Of a stretch of 64,000 bases of DNA, positions 38,706-48,878 are shown piece after piece. Both the position numbers and the translations under genes were made by a program. This stretch comes from Puniceicoccales bacterium (GTDB lineage: Bacteria > Verrucomicrobiota > Verrucomicrobiia > Opitutales > JAIRLM01). Numbering within the stretch: position 1 is the first letter of the stretch; each line of letters begins with the position of its first letter. The notes under the pieces were generated by a model. The model had not been told where the DNA came from and did no database searches. It worked only from the letters and a program-made list of their open reading frames with translations. The DNA is taken from contig JAIRXB010000014.1 in NCBI GenBank assembly GCA_031268535.1, positions 8,108-72,107 of the forward strand, given 5' to 3'.

Positions 38706-40034
38706 ATGAAAATGAAAAAATCGTGGACAGGTGCATCGCCGACAACTATGACGGCGAGCTGCGTGAATGTTTGGATCATACAGATGGGTGAGCCGATTTC
38801 CTTTCTCGATGGCGACAGTAGGCCATTTCGCACGGAAATGCTCGTCAACCGTCTCGTCGAACGCGGCCACAGCGTCCTCCACTGGACATCAACATTCGAC
38901 CGAGTGCGCAAGCGATTTCGCTTTCGCGGCGCTAGGGAAATGGCGCTGGGATCGCGGTTGCGCTATCGATTTCTTAACGGACCAACGCCCTACGGAAGGA
39001 ACGTATCTTTGGGCCATTCCCAGCACGACCGTGAACTTGCCGAAGCTTTTGTGAATTCCGCAGGCGAAGAGCCCCGTCCAGACTTGATAGTTTGCTCCAT
39101 ACCGCCGCTGCGCCTAGCCAGGAGGGCCAGCGAGTACGCCCACGGCCATTCCGTGCCGCTCATAGTGGATGTGCGCGAGCGCTGGCCGGACTCGTTTTTC
39201 GACAGTTTGCACTTCCCAATTCGCAATCTTTTTCGCTTCATATTTCGCAGCGACAGACGCCGCACAAAGCAGGTGCTGCACAGCGCTTCGGCGGTTGTGG
39301 CCATTTCCGACAGCTGCCTTCGCTGGGCGCTCCAAAAAGCCGATCGGCAGAGGGGTGCCTGGGACCGCGTTTTCCCGTTAGCCTACGAAGAACCGCCAAA
39401 AATTCTTTTTTCCGAAGATGGCCAAAGAGTTGCCTACGGGCGGCGCTTTTCCATCGGAGCTGACGACACCGTCCTTACGTGCCTTGGGCGCGTCGGCTCA
39501 TCCGTTGATTTCGACGCCTTTACGGCGCTTGCGGAGCGGATGGCGGACGTGGGCCGCAGCGACATAAAATTTGTGTTGGCCGGCGAAAAACCTTCGAAGG
39601 GCCTGGGTCGCGCCGCAAAATTGCCGAACCTAATTATTACGGGCTGGTTGGACCGCATCGATTTGCAGCGCCTTCTCTCCATGACGACGGTTGGGCTATT
39701 GCCGTACGCCAACGACGTGCAGGGCCCAACGATCCGCAATAAGGTGATGGATTTTTTGGCCATGGGGGTGCCAGTGATTTCATCTCTCGGCGGTGAGTTT
39801 GGGCGGCTCATGGACCGCTACGGGTTCGGGTTGCAGTTCAGGGCCGGCGACATGGACCAACTGGTCGAATGCGTGGAGCGTCTGCTGCGGTCAAAAGCGC
39901 TTAGAGAAAAAATGGCCCTTGGAGCCGCTAACGCTTTCCGGGAGCATTTTACGGCAAATCGCGTCTACGGAGAGTTTGCCGAATATCTGGAGAAATTTGC
40001 CGAAAATGGCATCGGCGTGGATGGCTTTTGCTGA
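38706..40034 (+). CDS. Glycosyltransferase, GT4 family (group 1)
   Basis: 442 aa. The C-terminal half (GWLDRIDLQRLLSMTTVGLLPYANDVQGPTIRNKVMDFLAMGVPVISSLGGEFGRLM) is typical of GT-B group 1 transferases. The true start may be the ATG near 38787 (MGEPISFLDGD). Confidence 0.7.
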   Translation: MKMKKSWTGASPTTMTASCVNVWIIQMGEPISFLDGDSRPFRTEMLVNRLVERGHSVLHWTSTFDRVRKRFRFRGAREMALGSRLRYRFLNGPTPYGRNVSLGHSQHDRELAEAFVNSAGEEPRPDLIVCSIPPLRLARRASEYAHGHSVPLIVDVRERWPDSFFDSLHFPIRNLFRFIFRSDRRRTKQVLHSASAVVAISDSCLRWALQKADRQRGAWDRVFPLAYEEPPKILFSEDGQRVAYGRRFSIGADDTVLTCLGRVGSSVDFDAFTALAERMADVGRSDIKFVLAGEKPSKGLGRAAKLPNLIITGWLDRIDLQRLLSMTTVGLLPYANDVQGPTIRNKVMDFLAMGVPVISSLGGEFGRLMDRYGFGLQFRAGDMDQLVECVERLLRSKALREKMALGAANAFREHFTANRVYGEFAEYLEKFAENGIGVDGFC

Positions 40035-40043
40035 AGCGCATTT

Positions 40044-41822
40044 TCAGTCGCCGAGAACACCATGGATTTGGCAATTGCCAAAATTTGCGAGGCGCCGTGC
40101 CACCTCGCCCCTGGAGATTTCAAAGTAAAGGTGCGGAGGGGCGTCGCCGTCGCTCAGCAGGGCGTCGAGCAAGTTTAGCACTTCCGATTCTCCCCACGGC
40201 GACAGCTGCGTCTCGCCGCCAACGGCCGCTTTGGCCACTTCCGCGTCGCACGGGTGTCCGCTTCCGTTGCCGCTGAGCCAGCGCCAGATGAACATTTCGC
40301 AGCGTCTGCCGTCTAGCCATTGTGGTATTTCTGCGACAGAAATGGACTCTTCCCCTGCTTTTGCGGCGGAAAATCCCATTTCTCCCAATTCCCTAATTTT
40401 GCCGTCCAGCTTTTCGCTGCCGCCTCCCGCCGCTGACAAATCAATCGCTATGGGGGCCAAAAGTCTTTGGCGGTTTCCGGCGGCGGAAATTTCTTTCCGT
40501 AATTTTTTGTCGGCTAGGTGGGCCGCAGCCGCTCCGACGTCGAAAAAGACGATACCGTTCCCACTGGAAAGCAGTGCGCAGCGGCGATCGAACATGGCGA
40601 CGTAGCGCCAACCCATTGCCTTGGGGCCCCTAGAAGACGTCTTGACGCCCTGCGGGGCCGGCTGCCCCCAATTCACGTCCATAGCGCCGCCGTTTTTGGA
40701 AAATTCTTCTGGGCAGCCAAATTCTTCGCTGCTGCCGCAAAAATTTTTGGAGTGCAAGTCCGTTTCCGCTGGCGGCGCACTCCAAATGGATTTTCCCAGC
40801 GAGGCGAAGTGCTCGCCGAATGCGTGGAGCAGCAATTCCCGAAGGGCGGCGCGGCGCGAGAAGCGCACTTCCATTTTCGCCGGGTGAACGTTGATGTCTA
40901 TCTGCGATTGTGGGATGATTAGAAATAGGAAGCAGTGAAGCGGGCGTTTTTTGGTGAAAAATTTCGCAAATGCTTCGCCCATCCAGGAGCTCAGATCATT
41001 GGAGCGTACGCAGCGGCCGTTGACAAAAAAAATCATTTGTGAGCGCGTAAGCTCCGCCGGCATGTGCTGTCCGGACGTGAATGCTTCTCCGCGAATTTCG
41101 TCTCCAGCGAACGAAAATTGCTGGAGCGTGTCGCCGATGCAACTCCCCCACAGCTGCCGAATGCGGCCAAGGCGTTCGCCGGCAGCCGCAGAAAAGACGT
41201 CGCGTCCGTCGCGGCGCATGCGAAATGCAACGTCTGGCCGTGCCAGTGCGAAGAGGCGCGCAACTTCCACCATGTGGTTCGATTCCGTCTGGTCCGTTTT
41301 GAGAAATTTCCGCCGTGCCGGCACCGATTGGAACAGGTGCTCTACGCGCACGGTAGTTCCGCTTGCCATTGCGCAGGGACGCTTTCCCTTTGGGATTCCA
41401 TCGTCCACGACCAGCTCCGTTCCGAGTTCATCGGCGGCGCGGCGCGTGCGTATTGTGAGTCGCGAAACGCTGCCAATGGACGGGAGCGCCTCTCCGCGGA
41501 AGCCGAATGTGCCTATGCGGTCAAGGTCTTCAAAACACTCTATTTTGCTGGTGGCGTGGCGTTCTACGGCCATTGGCACATCTTCCGGCCCCATGCCGCT
41601 TCCGTTATCGCTCACCGCAATCGAATCTTTCCCGGCGCGGCGGAAGCTCATGTGTATTTCCGTTCCACCGGCGTCCAGTGCATTTTCCACCAATTCCTTA
41701 AGGACGGACGACGGGCGCTCAACGACTTCTCCGGCCGCCACACGCCCTATCACCACCTCCGGCAGACGGCGGATTGGACGATCCATGGCCCATGGGCTAG
41801 TGCACATTTTGACGGCAGTCAA
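40044..41822 (-). CDS. mutL: DNA mismatch repair protein MutL
   Basis: 592 aa. It has the GHKL ATPase N-terminus (IRRLPEVVIGRVAAGEVVERPSSVLKELVENALDAGGTEIHM...VSDNGSGM) and a C-terminal dimerisation domain. Confidence 0.9.
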   Translation of the reverse strand: MTAVKMCTSPWAMDRPIRRLPEVVIGRVAAGEVVERPSSVLKELVENALDAGGTEIHMSFRRAGKDSIAVSDNGSGMGPEDVPMAVERHATSKIECFEDLDRIGTFGFRGEALPSIGSVSRLTIRTRRAADELGTELVVDDGIPKGKRPCAMASGTTVRVEHLFQSVPARRKFLKTDQTESNHMVEVARLFALARPDVAFRMRRDGRDVFSAAAGERLGRIRQLWGSCIGDTLQQFSFAGDEIRGEAFTSGQHMPAELTRSQMIFFVNGRCVRSNDLSSWMGEAFAKFFTKKRPLHCFLFLIIPQSQIDINVHPAKMEVRFSRRAALRELLLHAFGEHFASLGKSIWSAPPAETDLHSKNFCGSSEEFGCPEEFSKNGGAMDVNWGQPAPQGVKTSSRGPKAMGWRYVAMFDRRCALLSSGNGIVFFDVGAAAAHLADKKLRKEISAAGNRQRLLAPIAIDLSAAGGGSEKLDGKIRELGEMGFSAAKAGEESISVAEIPQWLDGRRCEMFIWRWLSGNGSGHPCDAEVAKAAVGGETQLSPWGESEVLNLLDALLSDGDAPPHLYFEISRGEVARRLANFGNCQIHGVLGD

Positions 41823-41878
41823 TGGTGAGAAGAGGAAAAGCCTTGACGGGGCGCTTTATTGCGCTACTTCGCTAAACC

Positions 41879-42193
41879 ATGGATGACGGCAAATGCTCAG
41901 CCTCACAGGTCGAGGATCTGCTTAGGGCGCTGCTGGCCATGGGGAATGTGGAAACGGCGAAAAAATTCATGGAGGATCTTTGCGCGCCGGCGGAACTGGA
42001 TGCCATGGTGGAGCGCTGGCGCGTCTGCCGCATTCTGTGGAGCGGGAAGCCATATCGCGAAATCTCCGCAGAAACTGGCGCAAGCAGCGCCACCATAGCG
42101 CGCGTGGCTCGCTGTCTCAGGAGCAAGAGCGGTGGCGGCTACAGGGAGGTGCTGGAAAATTTAAGGAAAAATGAATGCGATGAAACTTCATAA
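41879..42193 (+). CDS. TrpR/YerC/YecD-like DNA-binding protein
   Basis: 104 aa. LCAPAELDAMVERWRVCRILWSGKPYREISAETGASSATIARVARCL resembles the Trp-repressor-like YerC/YecD family. Confidence 0.55.
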   Translation: MDDGKCSASQVEDLLRALLAMGNVETAKKFMEDLCAPAELDAMVERWRVCRILWSGKPYREISAETGASSATIARVARCLRSKSGGGYREVLENLRKNECDETS

Positions 42194-43118
42194 AAAATTA
42201 CTATGTTTCGCTGTCTTGCTGTTTTGTGCGCCATGCGCCTGGGCGAGGGAGCAGGTTGTGCCCGTGGTGAAGATCGTTGACCACGTCGCGCTCAATGCAA
42301 CCGCCGAAGGCATTGGGGAAGTGCTGGCCGCCTCGTCGGTTGGGTCGCGCATTGAATCGGCGCAGGGCAATGGGGCGATGGCACTGCAAATTGCCCAGAA
42401 AATAGTTTCAGGGAATCGACCCGTCGCCGTTGCCATAGGCACCGTTGCTGCCCAAAGCTTGGCCAAGTGCGCAAGCCGGTCTCCAAAGCCAATGGCAGTC
42501 GTCTACAGCTCCGTTACGGATCCAGTTGGTGCTGGATTAGCGACACTGGAAAATGTAACCGGTGTGTCAAATTTTGTGCCGCTAAGGCCGCAAATCGAAC
42601 TGTTCAAAAAACTGCAGCCGCATTTGGCCACCATAGGAGTGCCGCATAATCCAGGCGAAGCCAATTCCGTAGCCATCATCCAGGCCCTTGGGCCCATCTG
42701 CGAAGAAATGGGCATAGGACTCGTAGTGCGGCCCGCTACGCGCACGGCGGAAATGCCGCAGGCGGCAGCCGAACTTGCCCGCCGCGTGGATGCGATTTTT
42801 GTAAGCAATGACAATACGGCACTCGCAGCGCTTGCCGCCATAGTGGGGGCGGCTGAGTTGCAGGGAATTCCAGTATATGTCAGCGACACGGACGCGCTTT
42901 GCTGCGGGGCTCTTGCGGCGCTCGGCCCGAACCAGCGCGAAATCGGGAGGCAAACGGGCCGCATGGTGCTGCGAATTTTAAATGGTGAACCGCCATCTTC
43001 TGTTCCGCCGGAGGGAGTAGAGTCAATGGAGCTCGCCATAAATCTTTCCGTTGCCGAACGGTTAGGCATAGTGGTTGACGACGATTTGATCGCCGCAGCC
43101 GCGAAGGTGCGGCGATGA
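42171..43118 (+). CDS. ABC transporter substrate-binding protein (PF04392, uncharacterised ABC-type system)
   Basis: 315 aa with a signal peptide (MNAMKLHKKLLCFAVLLFCAPCAWA) and a periplasmic binding fold. It forms an operon with the permease and ATPase that follow. Confidence 0.65.
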   Translation: MNAMKLHKKLLCFAVLLFCAPCAWAREQVVPVVKIVDHVALNATAEGIGEVLAASSVGSRIESAQGNGAMALQIAQKIVSGNRPVAVAIGTVAAQSLAKCASRSPKPMAVVYSSVTDPVGAGLATLENVTGVSNFVPLRPQIELFKKLQPHLATIGVPHNPGEANSVAIIQALGPICEEMGIGLVVRPATRTAEMPQAAAELARRVDAIFVSNDNTALAALAAIVGAAELQGIPVYVSDTDALCCGALAALGPNQREIGRQTGRMVLRILNGEPPSSVPPEGVESMELAINLSVAERLGIVVDDDLIAAAAKVRR

Positions 43119-43939
43119 ATTCCTGCTGCATGGTGCTCCAACTTGGCGTGGTCTACGGCTTTGTGGCGCTGGGAATTTTTTTTACGTTCCGCGCCCTAAA
43201 TTTTGCCGACATGACGGTCGATGGCAGCTTTGCCATTGGCGGTTGCGTTGCCAGTGTCCTCCTCCGGAGCGGCATTCCCCAGTGGCTCGCCATAGCGGTG
43301 GCCTGCTCCGGATCTGCCGCCGCAGGTTGCGCCACGGCATTTCTCCACGTTAAATTCCGCATTGCGGAAATTTTGTCCGGCATAGTTGTGGCGTCGGCCT
43401 GCTACTCCGTCTGCTTGCGCATCATGGGTGGATCGCCAAACATTATGGTGGATGCACCAAACTTTAGCCCGGCGCTGATTTTTACCATCTGCGCCGCCAC
43501 TGTACCAATTGTGGGCTATTTGCTGCGCACTGATTTTGGACTGGCCTTTCGCTGCGCAGGGCTCAACCGCACGCTGGCGCGCAGCCATGGAATATGTCCG
43601 TCGTCCATGCTCTATTTTGGCCTAGCCGTCGGCAACGGTTTTGCCGGAGTTGGAGGGGCATTTTTTTGCCTTAGCCAAGGGTTTTGCGATGTCGGTTCCG
43701 GATCAGGCACGCTCATCGCTGGGCTGGCGTCATTGGTTGTCGGAGAAGCCATTTTCCCGCTGAGGTCCGCCTACGGGAAAGTTTTTGCCTGCTTCGTCGG
43801 CTCCGTGGCCTATCGAGCCGCCATCGCCATGGCGCTCCATTCGGAGTTGCCGTTTTTGCGTGTCGGCGACTTTAATTTGATTACCGGTGGCATCATAGTC
43901 CTATTCCTCGCGGCAAAGTGGAGGAGGAAGCCGTGCTGA
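43115..43939 (+). CDS. ABC transporter permease
   Basis: 274 aa polytopic membrane protein whose start overlaps the stop of the substrate-binding protein gene. Confidence 0.65.
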   Translation: MNSCCMVLQLGVVYGFVALGIFFTFRALNFADMTVDGSFAIGGCVASVLLRSGIPQWLAIAVACSGSAAAGCATAFLHVKFRIAEILSGIVVASACYSVCLRIMGGSPNIMVDAPNFSPALIFTICAATVPIVGYLLRTDFGLAFRCAGLNRTLARSHGICPSSMLYFGLAVGNGFAGVGGAFFCLSQGFCDVGSGSGTLIAGLASLVVGEAIFPLRSAYGKVFACFVGSVAYRAAIAMALHSELPFLRVGDFNLITGGIIVLFLAAKWRRKPC

Positions 43940-44682
43940 AGTTGCAAGATTTGGCTGTCTCCTACGGAGACGGCAAGGATGTGATCAGCTCCATAACTTT
44001 GTCTGTGGCGGTTGGCGAATTTGCCATTGTGGTGGGCCCAAATGGCGGTGGGAAATCAACTCTCCTTGGCGCCATAGCGGGCACCCTAAGGGCCCATCGC
44101 GGCCGCATAGCTATCGGCGGAGTGGAAAATAATTTTCATCGAGTTTGCTGCGTTTTCCAGAACCCAACAGTCGGAACGGTTGGGAATTTCACTGTTTTTG
44201 AAAACATGGCTCTCGCTTGGCGGCGCCACCGCTGGCGGTTGCCGCTGCCGGCTTTGACGGCGAGGCGCAAAAAGATTTTCTGCGATCGGTTGGCTGCGTT
44301 GTCCATGGGATTGGAAGATCGCGGCGATGACCCCGCTAGAGTTTTGTCTGGCGGGCAGCGTCAGGCGCTAAGCTTGGCAATGGCAACGCTTAGGGACTGT
44401 GACGTTTTGCTTTTGGACGAAATAACGGCGGCCTTAGATCCGCTGGCCTCTGCGCGCGTTATGGATTTGGCGGAGAGCATTGTGCGGCAAAATTCATGCG
44501 CCTGCTTGGCCGTCACCCACAGTCTGCAGCAGGCCATATCTTACGGCGATAGCGTCATAGCCATCGGCGGAGGTGCAATGGTTGCAAAATTTTCAGCAGT
44601 TGAAAAATCCACCATGTCGGTGGCTGACCTTCTTGCGCACTTTGAATTTCCCTTTGCAAATGGGCAATCGGCTCCACAGTGA
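43918..44682 (+). CDS. ABC transporter ATP-binding protein
   Basis: Walker A VGPNGGGKSTLLGAIAG, signature LSGGQRQALSLAMA, Walker B LLLDEITAALD and an H-loop VTHS. Confidence 0.85.
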   Translation: MEEEAVLKLQDLAVSYGDGKDVISSITLSVAVGEFAIVVGPNGGGKSTLLGAIAGTLRAHRGRIAIGGVENNFHRVCCVFQNPTVGTVGNFTVFENMALAWRRHRWRLPLPALTARRKKIFCDRLAALSMGLEDRGDDPARVLSGGQRQALSLAMATLRDCDVLLLDEITAALDPLASARVMDLAESIVRQNSCACLAVTHSLQQAISYGDSVIAIGGGAMVAKFSAVEKSTMSVADLLAHFEFPFANGQSAPQ

Positions 44683-44689
44683 CTGAGCT

Positions 44690-45787
44690 GTGCGAGTTCT
44701 AATTGCGTGCGGTGGCACAGGAGGTCACGTCGCTCCGGGAATAGCGCTGGCTCAGCGGCTAATGGAGATGGGCCACGATTCCGTAGTGGCCGTCAGCGAA
44801 AAGCCCATCGACGGAAGGCTGGCCTCGGCATATGGAAATATCAATTTTCACCCAATTCCTGGCAGCGGATTCGCTCTGGAGCCGGTTGCACTGGTGAAGT
44901 TCCTAGTGGCTACGGCCCGTGGATTTTTTGCGGCCATCAGGTTGATGCGGAAGGAAAAATGCCAGGTGGCCGTGGCTTTTGGCGGGTTCTCGTCGGTTGG
45001 CGTTGGTCTGGCTGCTGCCATTCTCCGCAGGCCCCTCTACCTGCACGAATCCAATTTTAAATTGGGGAAGGCGACGCGCTTTCTGGCGCCATTTGCGAAG
45101 GCCGTATTCATTCCACCGCCACTAAAAAAACGGCATCCATACGGAAATAGGAAAAAATTTTTCCCAATGGCTTACCCGCTGCGCCGAGATTTTAAAATTA
45201 TGGAGATGGGGGAAGCCAGAGCGTTCCTTGGCGTCGAGCGATGGGGAAAGCTGCTTGCCGTCACGGGCGGTAGCCAAGGCGCCAACGTTTTGCGGCGGTG
45301 GGTGCTGGACAATGAGCGCAACCTGGCGGAGCTTGGATTTCATTGCATTTGCCTTGTGGGGCTTGGCTGCGAACGGGAAAGCAGGCAAATTGAAAACTCC
45401 AAGGGAGAGCGCTATGCCATGGAGTACGTTCCGTTCTGCGACTCCATGCACGCCCTATACTGCGCCGCCGACATTGCCGTTTGCCGAGCTGGAGCTGGCA
45501 CCATCGCCGAACTCATCGCCGCATCGCTAGTGAATGTGCTGATTCCGCTTCCGAAGTCGGCCGCTAATCACCAAATGGCCAACGCAGAGGCAATGGAGAT
45601 GGAGGGGGCAACTAGAATTGTGGAGCAAAGGCACATGGATAGGTTGCTTTGCGCCATTGGAGAGCTGTCCGATGGGGCGAGCTGTGAAAAAATGCGGATG
45701 AATTTACGGCGCTTGCGCTCCATGGGGGAGGATGGCGGAGAACTGCTCGCCAAAGCTGCCGTTAGCTGCCATTGGCCATTGCTATGA
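44690..45787 (+). CDS. murG: MurG, UDP-GlcNAc:lipid I N-acetylglucosaminyltransferase
   Basis: 365 aa. N-terminus MRVLIACGGTGGHVAPGIALA, plus VTGGSQGA and GAGTIAEL...PLPKSAANHQMANAEAM. Confidence 0.9.
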   Translation: MRVLIACGGTGGHVAPGIALAQRLMEMGHDSVVAVSEKPIDGRLASAYGNINFHPIPGSGFALEPVALVKFLVATARGFFAAIRLMRKEKCQVAVAFGGFSSVGVGLAAAILRRPLYLHESNFKLGKATRFLAPFAKAVFIPPPLKKRHPYGNRKKFFPMAYPLRRDFKIMEMGEARAFLGVERWGKLLAVTGGSQGANVLRRWVLDNERNLAELGFHCICLVGLGCERESRQIENSKGERYAMEYVPFCDSMHALYCAADIAVCRAGAGTIAELIAASLVNVLIPLPKSAANHQMANAEAMEMEGATRIVEQRHMDRLLCAIGELSDGASCEKMRMNLRRLRSMGEDGGELLAKAAVSCHWPLL

Positions 45788-47943
45788 TATTTTTGGCTGG
45801 CATCGGCGGCATGGGCATGGCTGCTCTTGCCATCTACTTGCGGCAGATGGGAAAGCGCGTAACTGGCTTCGACGACTGCATTGACAGGGAGACGGAATTT
45901 CTACTGGCCCGCTGCGCCATAGAGGTCGTTCCACGCCCGGAAAGGCTGCCAAATTGCGAAGCATTTGTGCATACGTCCGCCATTCGGGATGGAGATAAAT
46001 TACTTCGGCTGGCGAAGGAAAGTGGCTCCGTTGCCGTCTATTCGCGAGGTGAATATGTGGCTAAAATGTTAAAGGGCAATAGGGTGCTGGCGATTGTAGG
46101 CAGCCACGGGAAAACCACAACGGCGGCCTACGCCATAGGGGAGCTGCGGGCGCGACGGTTCCAATTTAATTACCTCATGGGGGGCCGTTTCGTCGGAAAG
46201 GATCTGCCTGCCCATTTTTGCGGCGCCCTCTGGACAGTTGCCGAAATTGATGAGAGCGAATCGTCCATTGACCTCTTCTCTCCCCACGTTACCCTTCTGC
46301 TAAATCTTTCCATGGATCATGATGCCCATTACGGCTCCATTGATTCCCTGCGCGGCACCGTTGCCGCCCTGTGTGAGCGTACCGAGAAGACCGTCCTCAT
46401 CGGCAGAGGGGAAAAGTCGCTTAGGCCATTCCACCGGTGCCGAAAAATTAAATTTTTTTCCACGCCAAGCCGTCCAGACCATTGTTCCGTTGAGCAATTC
46501 AATTGGCGCAATTGCGCCGCAGCTTTGGCGGCTGCGGATTCGCTTTGTCGCCGCCGCAGCCGCGGCAGAGATGTCCCCGCCTTTGAGACTGTGGCGGTTC
46601 GGAGGAGGCAAACTGTGCTTCATCGATCGGCGTCGGTGGAGGTCATTGCCGATTACGCACACCATCCAGTGGAAGTGCTGGCATTTCTGAAGCACTACTG
46701 GAATGGCAATAGCGCCATCGTTTTTCAGCCCCATCGCTTTTCCAGAACGGCGAGCCACTGCGATGAATTTGTCGGCATTTTGAAGAGCCATGGACCGGCC
46801 GTACTCATGCCCACATATGGAGCTTTCGAGTCTTTCGATCCTCTCGGCACCGGCGAGCATCTGTCAAAAATGCTTGCGGATATGGGGGTTGCCGTCCCAT
46901 GCCTTTGCGGCGAAGGGCTGGTGGAGCACCTTGATTTTCTCCGCAAAAATCTTAGTGTGAGCCGCTTTCTGTTTGTGGGGGCAGGATCTATTTTTTCCGA
47001 GGCGAAGGCGTTTTCGGAGCGACTGAAGGAGGAATCTTTTGGAGCTGCTCGGCAAAAACATTTCCCGCTGTGCCCTTTCCGCGAAAACGTTCCCATGGAA
47101 GGGCAATGCACCATGCGCGTCGGTGGTCCTGCGCGTTTTTTTGCCGAACCGCGCAATTTGGATGAGCTGCGCAGCATATTGCGCTGCGCAGCCGAGTCGG
47201 ACTTGCGCTACTTCGTTGCCGGTGCAGGGAGCAATTTGCTCGTGGATGACGGCGGTTTTTTTGGACTTTTGCTGCGGCTGCGTGGGAGTTTTTGGAAACG
47301 GCACCGCATCGGCAAAGACTTCATTTACTTGCGCTGCGCCATCCCCATGGGGCGTCTGGCGGATCTGTGTAGATCAAACGCAATCGGCGGCTACGAATTT
47401 TGCGGAGGAATCCCCGGCACAGTTGGTGGCGCTGTGGCTATGAATGCCGGAGCGTTTTCTTCGGCAATTGGCGATTTTGTTGAAAAACTCACAGTTTTTC
47501 GCGGCGGTCGAGTTCTATCAATCTGCGGCGGCACATTTTCATACCGCAAATCGCCGCTGCTGGAGGGTGATTTGCTTTTGTCCGTAAAACTTAGGAGAAC
47601 GCCGCACAGCGACGGAGAGGCAATTGATGAAACGGCGCAGCGCATGGCGAAGCGGCGCCGACTTGTGCAGCCATCTGGATCTAGCGCCGGGTCAATATTT
47701 CGCAACACGCCCTCAATTGCGGCCGGTGAACTCATCGAAAAAGCCGGACTGAAGGGGCTGCAAGTGGGAGGTGTGCAAATTTCCCCAAAACATGGCAATT
47801 TTATTGTTAATTGTGCCAATGGGAGCTGCGGAGATGTGCTAGCGCTTATCTTTTTAGTGAAGGCTACTGTCATGGAGCGGTTTAACATTGACTTGTCAAC
47901 GGAAGTGTGCTTTCTGGCGGACTTCTGGGTTGGTCCCCTATGA
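45772..47943 (+). CDS. murC: Bifunctional MurC-MurB fusion (UDP-N-acetylmuramate--L-alanine ligase fused to UDP-N-acetylenolpyruvoylglucosamine reductase)
   Basis: 723 aa. The N-terminal approximately 430 aa is MurC (GIGGMGMAALAIYLRQMGKRVTGFD; VGSHGKTTTAAY). The C-terminal approximately 290 aa is MurB (CTMRVGGPARFFAEPRNLDELRSILRCAAESDLRYFVAGAGSNLLVDDGGF...). The two are joined in one frame with no stop. Confidence 0.85.
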   Translation: MAIAMIFLAGIGGMGMAALAIYLRQMGKRVTGFDDCIDRETEFLLARCAIEVVPRPERLPNCEAFVHTSAIRDGDKLLRLAKESGSVAVYSRGEYVAKMLKGNRVLAIVGSHGKTTTAAYAIGELRARRFQFNYLMGGRFVGKDLPAHFCGALWTVAEIDESESSIDLFSPHVTLLLNLSMDHDAHYGSIDSLRGTVAALCERTEKTVLIGRGEKSLRPFHRCRKIKFFSTPSRPDHCSVEQFNWRNCAAALAAADSLCRRRSRGRDVPAFETVAVRRRQTVLHRSASVEVIADYAHHPVEVLAFLKHYWNGNSAIVFQPHRFSRTASHCDEFVGILKSHGPAVLMPTYGAFESFDPLGTGEHLSKMLADMGVAVPCLCGEGLVEHLDFLRKNLSVSRFLFVGAGSIFSEAKAFSERLKEESFGAARQKHFPLCPFRENVPMEGQCTMRVGGPARFFAEPRNLDELRSILRCAAESDLRYFVAGAGSNLLVDDGGFFGLLLRLRGSFWKRHRIGKDFIYLRCAIPMGRLADLCRSNAIGGYEFCGGIPGTVGGAVAMNAGAFSSAIGDFVEKLTVFRGGRVLSICGGTFSYRKSPLLEGDLLLSVKLRRTPHSDGEAIDETAQRMAKRRRLVQPSGSSAGSIFRNTPSIAAGELIEKAGLKGLQVGGVQISPKHGNFIVNCANGSCGDVLALIFLVKATVMERFNIDLSTEVCFLADFWVGPL

Positions 47944-48878
47944 GGGAAAATTGCGAAGTTGTCATTCTCTGCGGCGCAAATTCTCCAGAACGGTCTGTCT
48001 CCCTCCGTTCCGGACGCAATGTTGCCGCATTGCTTAAGGGGATTATGCCGTTGCGGCTCATAGAGTTGCAGGAGAATATCATGCCGACGGATCTTGATCC
48101 GCGCCGTTCAATAATTTTCCCGCTGGTGCATGGCGATTTTGGCGAAGATGGCAAATTGCAGAAGATGCTAGATGGTGGAAATTTTGTTTACATTGGGAGC
48201 GGAAATGAGAGCATGGAGTTGACAATCGACAAGGCGCGCACGAAGAATTTGCTGGCGTCTTTCGCCATTCCAACGTTGCCCCACCGAACATTTAGGTGGA
48301 ATGGGACTTGCGATGTTTCGCTGGAGAAAATTTTTAATGATATTGGCGGCGGCCTTTTTTTTAAGCCCAATTGCGGCGGGAGCAGCATTGACTGCTTTCG
48401 CTGCGATGAAGTTGGGCGGTGTGCGTCCACATTGGAAAAGATCGGCCGTCGCGTAGAGTGGATTGTGGAACCATTTTGCGGCGAATGCGTAGACATAACG
48501 GTGGCGCTTTTGCACGGAAAGGCATTGGCGGCGATGATGCTGCGCCACAGTGGAGATTTTTTAGACTTCAATGGAAAATATTCTGCCGATGGGGCCAAGC
48601 ACCTGTGCCCGGCGCCCATAGGAGATGCGCTGACCGAACAGCTATTTTCCTGCGCCGAGAGGGCATTTCTGCTGTGCGGTTGCCGCGATTGGGCCCGCGT
48701 TGATTTTCTTCTCGATGGGAGCGGAGATTTTTTTTTCCTGGAGGTGAATGGTGTGCCGGGATTTACTGAGACCAGCTTTTTCCCTGACTGCGCCATTGCG
48801 TCCGATCTTGGGGCCGTGGAATGCCTGAAAAGTCTTTTGGAGCCAGCGCTTAGGCGGCATAGGTCACTCTACCGATGA
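47907..48878 (+). CDS. ddl: D-alanine--D-alanine ligase
   Basis: Probable start near 47940 (MRENCEVVILCGANSPERSVSLRSG), overlapping the murC-murB stop by 4 nt (ATGA). It has an ATP-grasp fold with the C-terminal DFLLDGSGDFFFLEVNGVPGFT. Confidence 0.85.
   Translation: MLSGGLLGWSPMRENCEVVILCGANSPERSVSLRSGRNVAALLKGIMPLRLIELQENIMPTDLDPRRSIIFPLVHGDFGEDGKLQKMLDGGNFVYIGSGNESMELTIDKARTKNLLASFAIPTLPHRTFRWNGTCDVSLEKIFNDIGGGLFFKPNCGGSSIDCFRCDEVGRCASTLEKIGRRVEWIVEPFCGECVDITVALLHGKALAAMMLRHSGDFLDFNGKYSADGAKHLCPAPIGDALTEQLFSCAERAFLLCGCRDWARVDFLLDGSGDFFFLEVNGVPGFTETSFFPDCAIASDLGAVECLKSLLEPALRRHRSLYR

Noticed and set aside
40951-41886. 311-aa and 254-aa plus-strand ORFs antisense to mutL
   Set aside because: Shadow ORFs. 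mutL is confidently assigned on the minus strand.
42503-43141. 212-aa minus-strand ORF antisense to the ABC substrate-binding protein gene
   Set aside because: Shadow ORF.
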